A DNA stretch of 64,000 nucleotides from Promethearchaeota archaeon. Lineage in GTDB: Archaea > Asgardarchaeota > Lokiarchaeia > Sigyniarchaeales > SOKP01. The notes under the pieces were generated by a model. The model did not search any database and was not told the DNA's origin. It worked only from the letters and a program-made list of their open reading frames with translations. The stretch covers positions 33,946 to 97,945 of the forward strand of contig JBHLOF010000004.1 in NCBI GenBank assembly GCA_048940805.1, given 5' to 3'. The position numbers and the translations under genes were made by a program. This document shows positions 1 through 7,568 of this stretch, in pieces; position 1 is the stretch's first letter, and the number at the start of each line of letters is the position of its first letter.

Positions 1-420
1 ATGGATTCCGCTAGCGGTAAAAAGGGTGTTCTTGAGGATGCCGCGCGCATGATAGTAGATCGGATTGGAAATAGCTATGGGCAAGCCACCCAGATGGGTG
101 CTGCCATGCGTACTTCGCACCAGGTATTAGAGGAATTTCAAAAAATGAATCCTGATCAACCTACAATGATTATACTACTTACTGATGGAATTCCCACTGA
201 TGGTGATGCCTTCTTCAATGAGATTAAGAAATTCTCAGAAAATCCTAATGTAGTTATTTATATAGTCGGATTAGGCAACCCAGACGATGAATTGATGGCT
301 CGTGCCGCTACATTATGCGGTGGGGAATATTTTAAACCAGAAGATGCAGGGGAATTGTTAATCTGGTATTCAAAACGAGCACGAGATCTCACAGTAAAAT
401 TAAAAGCTCATAAAGAGTAA
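1..420 (+). CDS. von Willebrand factor A (vWA) domain protein, C-terminal part (5' end outside window)
   Basis: The ORF runs to the window edge. 'PTMIILLTDGIPTDGD...VVIYIVGLG' is a typical vWA strand pattern. The first ~130 nt look GC-richer than the surroundings. Confidence 0.6.
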   Translation: MDSASGKKGVLEDAARMIVDRIGNSYGQATQMGAAMRTSHQVLEEFQKMNPDQPTMIILLTDGIPTDGDAFFNEIKKFSENPNVVIYIVGLGNPDDELMARAATLCGGEYFKPEDAGELLIWYSKRARDLTVKLKAHKE

Positions 421-424
421 ACCA

Positions 425-431
425 TTTTTTT
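425..431 (+). terminator. oligo-T tract downstream of the vWA gene (archaeal-type terminator candidate)
   Basis: T7 run 5 nt after the stop codon. Confidence 0.3.
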
Positions 432-654
432 CTTTACCATCAAATATTAAAAGATTTAATAAAATTCAAGATAATTTTAGTCTTTTTCATTTTAATTTTC
501 AATAGATCATCTAAATGTGATGGAATATCCAAGCTCGATTCTAGTAATAATATAAATTCTTTTTATATATGGTTTCTTAGAAACTTTAAAATTTAATTTT
601 TGAATAAAATATCTTGAAATCTAACAAAATTAATCATATTTTAGTGAAGAAAAT

Positions 655-1575
655 ATGAAAATGAAGGTCAATGCCAAAAAAATGGTTTTAATGATAATAG
701 GAATCCTTTTTGTTCTATCTCTGATGAATCCATTTAGTTTTAATCTTGCTCTTACTGTAAAGGAAAACAATAATTTCAATTTAAATCATGTACAATTGAA
801 GATTTCAGCAATTTCGGGAAGAATACACATTAATAACAATTGGTCTGATAGTAAAACAGCGGGAATATGTACTGGTTCAGGGACAGAATCCGATCCTTAT
901 ATTATAGAAAATTTAGAAATAGATGGACAGGGATTAGGAAGTTGTTTACTGATCGAAAACTCTAATGCCCATTTTAAGATTCAAAATTGTTATTTCAATA
1001 ATACTGGGAGTAGTTATTATGATGCGGGGATTAAATTAGATTATGTAGATAATGGTCAATTGCTAAATAATAATGCAACAGGTGAAGCATTTGGATTTTT
1101 TTTAAATAACACAAATACCATTCTTATTGTAGGAAATCGATTAACGGCTAAAAGAGGTTTATATATTGGAACTAGTTCTGGAACCATTATGTATCTCAAC
1201 GATCTTATAGGACAACAGCTGGATATGTTTATTGCAATAAGAGACGAATCTGCCTATAGGTTTTTTTCGCCTAAAAAGGCAATCTATACGTATAAAGGAA
1301 ATACATTCACACAATATCTTGGGAATTATTGGTCAGGTGATATTAGCAATTCTGATAATAATAATGATGGTATTGGAGATACTCCTCAGATTTATTATGA
1401 TTCATATGATCAACTTATTGATCGGTATCCATTGACAGACCAAGTTAAAAATTATGAAATAACGAGTTTTACGGAAGGATCTGAAGGTATGATCCCAGGA
1501 TATAATCCATTCTTACTGATTGCAATAATGAGTATAATATCGGTATTTTTACTTAAAAAAGTAAGAAAATCATAA
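655..1575 (+). CDS. secreted/surface right-handed beta-helix (NosD / pectin-lyase-fold-like) protein with C-terminal membrane anchor
   Basis: N-terminal hydrophobic signal/TM ('MVLMIIGILFVLSL'). Repetitive 'N-x-N/G' beta-helix-like rungs ('LLIENSNAHFKIQNCYF', 'GFFLNNTNTILIVGNRL'). 'DNNNDGIGDTP...DRYPL' motif typical of NosD-like repeats. C-terminal TM plus basic tail ('LLIAIMSIISVFLLKKVRKS'). Confidence 0.55.
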   Translation: MKMKVNAKKMVLMIIGILFVLSLMNPFSFNLALTVKENNNFNLNHVQLKISAISGRIHINNNWSDSKTAGICTGSGTESDPYIIENLEIDGQGLGSCLLIENSNAHFKIQNCYFNNTGSSYYDAGIKLDYVDNGQLLNNNATGEAFGFFLNNTNTILIVGNRLTAKRGLYIGTSSGTIMYLNDLIGQQLDMFIAIRDESAYRFFSPKKAIYTYKGNTFTQYLGNYWSGDISNSDNNNDGIGDTPQIYYDSYDQLIDRYPLTDQVKNYEITSFTEGSEGMIPGYNPFLLIAIMSIISVFLLKKVRKS

Positions 1576-1785
1576 AATGAACTCTTAAAATAAAAGCTCT
1601 TAAAGAATTCAATTTCTTTTTATTTTTGATAATATTAATCTTTTAATGATTTTTTCTTCATCCTCTTTTTCTTGAAATTTTTGCTTATTCAGATAACATT
1701 AATATTATTAATAATAATTTTGTTAATATTTATAAGAAAAATTTACCCATGAAATATTGAAATCATTAAAAGAAAAAGTTGATGA

Positions 1786-2196
1786 ATAACGAAGGACACT
1801 AAAATTATTACTATTGATAACCGGGGAAGGATTGTATTACCACTGATAACAAGAAAGAATCTCGGGATTACCGAAAATTCGCAGTTGATGTTAGTGAGTG
1901 ACTCTGAAACGAAAGAAATACGAATAACACCCGTTGGAATCACAAAAGATGAAAAACCAATCAAATTCAAAATTACTATGAATGATGAACCCGGTTCTCT
2001 AGGTAAGATTGCCAATGTTTTTGGCGATCTTGGCATTTCTTTAATGTATGGGGAAAGCGTTATTATTGAAAAATCAAAAACAGCGATTTGGACGGTAATA
2101 AGTCCTACTCCCACACATATTTCCCTTGAGGAACTAAGAGAAAATCTGATGACTAACGGGAAAGCTGTGAATGTTGAGATTATACCCTTTGATTAA
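1786..2196 (+). CDS. SpoVT/AbrB-like domain fused to an ACT domain (true start unresolved)
   Basis: The ORF track begins at TTG 1885. The same frame is open from 1786 and encodes 'KIITIDNRGRIVLPLITRKNLGITENSQLMLV', a SpoVT/AbrB swapped-hairpin signature. Downstream, 'ITMNDEPGSLGKIANVFGDLGISL' is ACT-like. Confidence 0.6.
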   Translation: MTKDTKIITIDNRGRIVLPLITRKNLGITENSQLMLVSDSETKEIRITPVGITKDEKPIKFKITMNDEPGSLGKIANVFGDLGISLMYGESVIIEKSKTAIWTVISPTPTHISLEELRENLMTNGKAVNVEIIPFD

Positions 2197-2219
2197 ATTA
2201 AAAATTAGAATGTAGGGGC

Positions 2220-3065
2220 GTGGTTATGGGGAAGAAGAAAAAGAAAGAAAAAAAGAAAAAAATAGAAGATAATACTGAAGATATAGCAGTAACACCTGAA
2301 TATTCACTAGATGTAGCGTTACATTCCACGAAAACGACAGAAACAACTTTACAGAGTTTAATGAGGGAAGTTTCTGAAGAGAAAGGATTTGTTAAAAAAG
2401 AGCAAGAAAAAATTCGACCCCAATTATCCCATGAAAGTAAAAGTGAAATCGCGGAAGCTTATGCTTTAGAGGATGTCCCAATAGCAGAGAGAAAAAAAAC
2501 TCAGAAGCGAGAGAGACCCCCACTTGTTTCCGAATCAAAAAATTTAGTGAAGCCCATGGAGTCCAAAGAGCAAGAGTTAAAAACTAAACCAAAAATACAG
2601 GTAGAAGTCACAACAGTTCCCACTCCTGTTGAAAAAAAACCATCAGTGTCTAGTGAAGATGTAGCTCCCTCACCTATCATTGAGGAAACTCTCGGTATTA
2701 AAAAAGAAAATATCTATCTTAAATTATCAGAGTTTTTTGAGGATCTACTGGGAGGTTATAGTGCGAGGTATGAAAGGTGGGAAAATTCGATATCTAACAT
2801 TCTGGCAATTATGAGGAAAATGAGAAAGATAACAAAGAAAAATACTGAGGATTTAACAATTAGTATTCAAAATTTATTTGGGAAAATCCAAAATCAGTTA
2901 GAACTTTTCAAAGTTAAACGTGATGAAGTTGAAAAAGTAGCCGAAGTAGACATTGAATCAATGTCAGGTGAGTTAAAAAGAGTAATGGGATTGCTTGAAT
3001 TACAGGTCAAAGAATATCGATTGAAAAGAGAAACAGATGAATTAATCCATGCATTAAAATACTGA
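2220..3065 (+). CDS. K/E-rich low-complexity protein with helical C-terminal domain, function unknown
   Basis: Poly-Lys N-terminus (MGKKKKKEKKKK; ATG at 2226), a long charged linker and a predicted helical C-terminal ~110 aa. It lies 49 nt upstream of the actin-family gene on the same strand. Confidence 0.5.
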   Translation: MVMGKKKKKEKKKKIEDNTEDIAVTPEYSLDVALHSTKTTETTLQSLMREVSEEKGFVKKEQEKIRPQLSHESKSEIAEAYALEDVPIAERKKTQKRERPPLVSESKNLVKPMESKEQELKTKPKIQVEVTTVPTPVEKKPSVSSEDVAPSPIIEETLGIKKENIYLKLSEFFEDLLGGYSARYERWENSISNILAIMRKMRKITKKNTEDLTISIQNLFGKIQNQLELFKVKRDEVEKVAEVDIESMSGELKRVMGLLELQVKEYRLKRETDELIHALKY

Positions 3066-3114
3066 TTATCACTGTTTTTCAGTTTAATATAAAATTAATA
3101 AATTTATATTTGCC

Positions 3115-4293
3115 ATGGCATCTGAAATCAAAAGTCAAACTCGACCACTTATACTCGATATTGGGAGTAATTTTTTTCGATTAGGATGGGCAGGAAGTGA
3201 TTATCCTGAAGTTATTGCCCCGAGTATCTATGTAAATAATACAGATTATTTATTTACCTCAGATGTAATTGATGGTTTAGAAGATATATTTGTGGGAGAG
3301 GATAATGTCGAGAATCAGTTATTTGGCCATGAAGCTTTAAAATATTCAAATGTGCTTAAAGTGCATGAAGTAAAGAGTAATTATAATATTTTGATGAAAT
3401 ATTTTCATTTTCATTATAAACAACTTGAAATTGAGAATGAATATCTTTTCAAACAGCCAATTATCATTATTATTCCTTTCTTTATGTCAGAAATAGAGAA
3501 AACAAAATTATCTGAGATGTTTTTTAACGTTTTTGATTTTCCTGCGTTATTTTTTTTACCGGATAGTCAAGGAGTGTTAGGTATATTACAAAAATCCAGT
3601 GGAGTGATTATAAATATGGGAGACGCGAACACATACATTACATCTTTTCTCCATGGCTTTACTAACATAATGGCAAGAGACACATACCCAATTGCAGGAA
3701 AGGACCTTACAGATGCGCTTCTAAATATGCTTTTAAAGGGATCCGCTAAGAACTTATATCTTGATTATATGATTGCAAAAGAAATTAAAGAAAAACTCGC
3801 ATTTTGCGCATTAAATCCTGAAGAAGAATTAAAAAGGATAAAGGATGGTCTAACTAAATTCAAGAGTGCAGTTGATTTACCTGATGGTTCGAAACTTGAA
3901 ATTAATTCAGAAAGAATCCAACTTGTAGAACCCTTATTTAATCCTTCAGTAATTCATATGGATTATATTAGTTTACCTGAGGCTGTAGTAAATGTTATCC
4001 GAACATGGGATCGGGAGGATTGGAGTGAACTATTACCAAATATTGTTCTTGCTGGCGGTGCTAGTTTAATCCCTGGATTAGAAAAAAGGTTAAAAATTGA
4101 AATTTCGAAGTTCTTTTCTGAACGATTAAGAGATAAAATTAATATAATTGCTACTACCGGAAGAGATACAATTAGTTGGGTTGGAGCAAGTGTACTGTGG
4201 GCTCAAGGAAAACTAACAAAAGGGTGGAGCTATAATCCCAATGCTCCAACTGAAGAAAAAAGTTCCAAAAATAATGATCTAAATTCTAATTGA
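3115..4293 (+). CDS. actin-family ATPase, divergent actin-related protein (Arp-like)
   Basis: Actin-fold motifs in the correct order: phosphate-1 'LILDIGSNFFRLGWAGSDYPEVIAPS', phosphate-2 'GVIINMGDANTYITSF', adenosine 'VLAGGASLIPGLEKRL', and connect-2 'WVGASVLWAQ'. Confidence 0.85.
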   Translation: MASEIKSQTRPLILDIGSNFFRLGWAGSDYPEVIAPSIYVNNTDYLFTSDVIDGLEDIFVGEDNVENQLFGHEALKYSNVLKVHEVKSNYNILMKYFHFHYKQLEIENEYLFKQPIIIIIPFFMSEIEKTKLSEMFFNVFDFPALFFLPDSQGVLGILQKSSGVIINMGDANTYITSFLHGFTNIMARDTYPIAGKDLTDALLNMLLKGSAKNLYLDYMIAKEIKEKLAFCALNPEEELKRIKDGLTKFKSAVDLPDGSKLEINSERIQLVEPLFNPSVIHMDYISLPEAVVNVIRTWDREDWSELLPNIVLAGGASLIPGLEKRLKIEISKFFSERLRDKINIIATTGRDTISWVGASVLWAQGKLTKGWSYNPNAPTEEKSSKNNDLNSN

Positions 4294-4312
4294 AGAAAAG
4301 GAAGCAACTATT

Positions 4313-6916
4313 TTGAGTGTCAACTTAGAGATTAATAAAGAGTTTTTAGAGGACTTCCAGAAAAAAATTATCATAGCACGTAAATTACTGTTTTCTGCAA
4401 ATCATAAATGGGCGTCAAAATTACTCGATAATTTAGGTATGGCAATCGAGAAAAACGATTGGCTAGACATACAGAAAAAGCATCAATTAAATATGATCAT
4501 TTCGAATTCATGGTGGATTTATTTAAATTCTCTGGTAAAAAGAAAAGAGGGAAAAGTTGAAATCGACCTTATAAGGTATATTGATGCATATAAACGATTT
4601 TTCGCCTTTTTAACAAGTTTAGATGATTCTTATTTATTTTATAATTTTGGAATAAATCTTCTTATGCAATTTATTACGATGGAGGATTTATCGCAGATTG
4701 GGATAACAAAATACATAAATTCCTTTTCTGTTGAGTTAGAAAAAAGAGAAGAATATCAAAAGTTAATCGAATTACAAATTTTATTAATACATTTAAGACA
4801 ATCAGTTAGTCCATCAGAGCATTTCCATCTAGGTATGGAGATTCTTGGAAAAACTATACTTAAATTAGAGCCCAGTAAGAGAGCATTATTTATTTATATG
4901 ATATTAGAAAATGTATGCATAAAATATCAACTTATGGAAGATTCTTCAGAATTCATTAAATCAATAGTTAAGATTATGATAAACCGCCTTCCACAATATC
5001 TAAAAAATGAATTTAGTGGTATCAGTAGGATCTCTATTAATGAGAGAAGTTTTAACACAATCATAATCGATCTTGAAGAAACAATTAATTATTTAAATGA
5101 TATTGGGGAATATCCTTGGATTATATTTATAATTAGAAATATATTTTCAAAAATAAAAGATTACCAATCGTTTGGTGATGCAATAACATATATACGTAAA
5201 TTTATTGATTTCTCAATAAGGAGAAATCGATTTGAAATTGCGTTTGAAATCTATGATTTTTTGGAAGATCTTTTTATTTACCAAACAGACCTTTCTTATG
5301 ATAATATTTTGATCGAACTCTGGGTTGAAGCATGTAAAAAATTCGTAGATATGAAGGAGAAAAAGTATTTATTACAGTCTCTTGAAAAATTGAATAATCA
5401 TCTAAAGATACCTCAAACAAGTGCTGAAATTTTTCATTATTTTTATACCTGTGATAAACTGTGGCAATTTAAATCAATGTTCTTTTCATTAGAGCAACGA
5501 GATTTCTGGAGAATGATGTTTTATCGAGCTTTATTCGAGGAAAAAAACTTTAACATTGCTCAGAAAATCGTTCCTTATCTTGATAAGGATTTAGGATCAT
5601 TATTATCCGATATAATTTCACTATCTAAAGAGGCAGAATCCTTTAAGGAAAAGATATACTCATTTGGCACGGAGGAAGATTTTCGTGTATTAGATGATAA
5701 AAATTTCGTAATAAAAGATATAATAATTCGGATTAATTCAATTGGGATAATTTCATATAGAATAAATTCGACTAATAACCAAATTGTTGAAGGAACTTTA
5801 AGGAGAGAAACGTGGAATGACACCCAAATTATTGAAATTTATAATGAATTGTTTTCTGAACCAGAAAAACGAAAATTTACATTCACTTTACATGAATTTG
5901 GTGAAATATTATACATTTTTTTACCAAAATTAATCCGAGATTTCTTCAAATCTTTTAAAATAAAAAGTTTGAATATAGTACCCCAAATTTATTTTATACT
6001 TGATAGTATGACTATACCATTTGATTTAATTTATGATAATAATTTCTTTTTATTAAAATATTCAAGTGGGTATAAAATTGGAGAGATCCCTCTTGGAGGC
6101 ATAGCATTTGAACATGAATCTTTGATAAAATCTCCTTCAGTATCCTCCTCAACAAAACATAATGTCTTAATTGTTGATTCAATAAATTCTAAAATACCGT
6201 TGAGATGGAATGAAGAACTCCAAAGAAAGGAATTAATCTATCCGTTCTCAGCGGGAGCAAATGAATTGAATTATATTGTAGATTTTTTCAATAAAATTAA
6301 TGAAATCGACCAAATTAAAACACTTATCGGGCCTTCTTCAACTAGGGATGCAATTTTGACTCACGTTACAAAAGATCTTTACCATATAATTGTCATCGTT
6401 GGAAATATCTTCTATTCAAAATGGAGTCCTAAAGATAGCTTTTTTTTAACAAATGATAATGAAACTATAACTTTCAGTGAACTGTGTAGTTACTTGCATC
6501 GAAAGGATGCAAAAATTCATCCCTTTTTATTTTTTAATGCCCAAATTTTTGATATTGAGGGTCAAAAATTAAGAAATGTTGTAAGACCTTTTGGTGAAAT
6601 TATCTCACAATTTAACCAAGATGAAATTACCGGTATAATTGTAAGACCATATCCATTATTTAATGAAGAAACAAAAGAAATTATTTCCCAATTTTTTCTT
6701 AATCTCCTTAGAAATGCAAGTCAAGGAGTATCTCTTCTTAAAGCCCGTCAAAAATGTATAGCAAATAAAATGGAAAAAATGGTAGAAGACCAATTTAAAG
6801 ATACATCTATGGAGGGTGGAAGTGTAAGAATCGATTTAAGAAGTAGTTTGGCCGTCTCAAGCTATTTACTTTTTGGAAAACCATGGAAAAAATTAAATTC
6901 TGAATCAAGGATATAA
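4313..6916 (+). CDS. large helical-repeat (TPR-like) protein with C-terminal CHAT-like (caspase-fold) domain lacking the catalytic dyad
   Basis: 867 aa. The C-terminal ~290 aa follow the CHAT layout: 'IYFILDSMTIPFDLI', 'LIGPSSTRDAILTHV..YHIIVIVGN', 'PFLFFNAQIF', and 'GIIVRPYPLFNEETKEIISQFFLNLLRNASQGVSLLKARQ'. It starts 19 nt after the actin-like gene. Confidence 0.6.
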   Translation: MSVNLEINKEFLEDFQKKIIIARKLLFSANHKWASKLLDNLGMAIEKNDWLDIQKKHQLNMIISNSWWIYLNSLVKRKEGKVEIDLIRYIDAYKRFFAFLTSLDDSYLFYNFGINLLMQFITMEDLSQIGITKYINSFSVELEKREEYQKLIELQILLIHLRQSVSPSEHFHLGMEILGKTILKLEPSKRALFIYMILENVCIKYQLMEDSSEFIKSIVKIMINRLPQYLKNEFSGISRISINERSFNTIIIDLEETINYLNDIGEYPWIIFIIRNIFSKIKDYQSFGDAITYIRKFIDFSIRRNRFEIAFEIYDFLEDLFIYQTDLSYDNILIELWVEACKKFVDMKEKKYLLQSLEKLNNHLKIPQTSAEIFHYFYTCDKLWQFKSMFFSLEQRDFWRMMFYRALFEEKNFNIAQKIVPYLDKDLGSLLSDIISLSKEAESFKEKIYSFGTEEDFRVLDDKNFVIKDIIIRINSIGIISYRINSTNNQIVEGTLRRETWNDTQIIEIYNELFSEPEKRKFTFTLHEFGEILYIFLPKLIRDFFKSFKIKSLNIVPQIYFILDSMTIPFDLIYDNNFFLLKYSSGYKIGEIPLGGIAFEHESLIKSPSVSSSTKHNVLIVDSINSKIPLRWNEELQRKELIYPFSAGANELNYIVDFFNKINEIDQIKTLIGPSSTRDAILTHVTKDLYHIIVIVGNIFYSKWSPKDSFFLTNDNETITFSELCSYLHRKDAKIHPFLFFNAQIFDIEGQKLRNVVRPFGEIISQFNQDEITGIIVRPYPLFNEETKEIISQFFLNLLRNASQGVSLLKARQKCIANKMEKMVEDQFKDTSMEGGSVRIDLRSSLAVSSYLLFGKPWKKLNSESRI

Positions 6917-7021
6917 ATAATAAAATTAAATAAAGATCAAATTAAGGTATAATTACAAAAATTAAAAGTGCCTCTTGAATAAAATAAACATAATATTAAT
7001 AATTTACTAAGGTTAACATCG

Positions 7022-7561
7022 ATGTCAGATCCCCGTATAATAGAACTAAGAGTTGAAAATAAGAAATTAAAACAGGAAATTGCATCTTTAGAAGAAAAGA
7101 TTTTATCTTTAGTTGGAATGTTTAATATTGAATCTTCTGGAGGGCAGGATAAAAAAAATGTACTCAATGATCAAATTTTTAATTTAATTGGATCAACAAA
7201 GGAACAACTTAATATTGTAACCCCCAAAATCGACGAATTTTATGTAAGAGAGTTGAAAAAACTTAGCCAAAAAGGAATCCCTATTCTAATGATTACGAAC
7301 GATAGAGCAAATTTGCCCAAACCTTATCGTCAAATTTATGATGATTTGAAAATTACAGAGGGGATAAGTATTATTAACAATCCAAATGTAAGGTTCTTGT
7401 TATTATTCAATATAACTCAAGCTATCTACTCTGGTGGTTCACTAGATAAAGAAGAGCTGGAAAAATCAATATTAGTAGTAACAACAATACAAGAAAAAGC
7501 AAAACTAAGAAAGATTGCAGAGATTTTCTCTTTAATGCTTCCCACTTTTATGAGGAAGTAG
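7022..7561 (+). CDS. coiled-coil protein with TrmB-C-terminal-like (inactive PLD-fold-like) domain, no HTH
   Basis: N-terminal heptad segment ('IIELRVENKKLKQEIASLEEKILSL'). It is followed by 'KEQLNIVTPKIDEFYVRELKKLSQKGIPILMITN', which resembles the TrmB regulator C-domain. The protein contains no His at all, so no HKD motif is possible. Confidence 0.4.
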   Translation: MSDPRIIELRVENKKLKQEIASLEEKILSLVGMFNIESSGGQDKKNVLNDQIFNLIGSTKEQLNIVTPKIDEFYVRELKKLSQKGIPILMITNDRANLPKPYRQIYDDLKITEGISIINNPNVRFLLLFNITQAIYSGGSLDKEELEKSILVVTTIQEKAKLRKIAEIFSLMLPTFMRK

Positions 7562-7568
7562 TAAAAAC

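Noticed and set aside
1743-2114. A 123-aa minus-strand ORF overlapping the AbrB-ACT gene. Similar antisense ORFs occur at 5575-5823, 6937-7167, 10123-10413, 19195-19569, 24203-24586, 38208-38549, 43645-44067, 58734-59033 and other sites.
   Set aside because: All lie antisense within longer ORFs that carry clear family motifs. Their translations are low-complexity and Ser/Ile/Phe/Leu-rich, with no motifs. They are typical shadow ORFs of an AT-rich genome.
2226-2262. A purine-rich (AAG/AAA)n tract that looks like a simple repeat.
   Set aside because: It is in frame and encodes the poly-Lys/Glu N-terminus of the 2220-3065 ORF. It is coding low complexity, not a repeat array or CRISPR.
7200-7270. 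A possible PD-(D/E)xK-like 'D...ELK' in the 179-aa protein upstream of the methyltransferase.
   Set aside because: The spacing is too short and the context fits a TrmB-C/PLD-like strand-helix instead. A nuclease cannot be supported from sequence alone.
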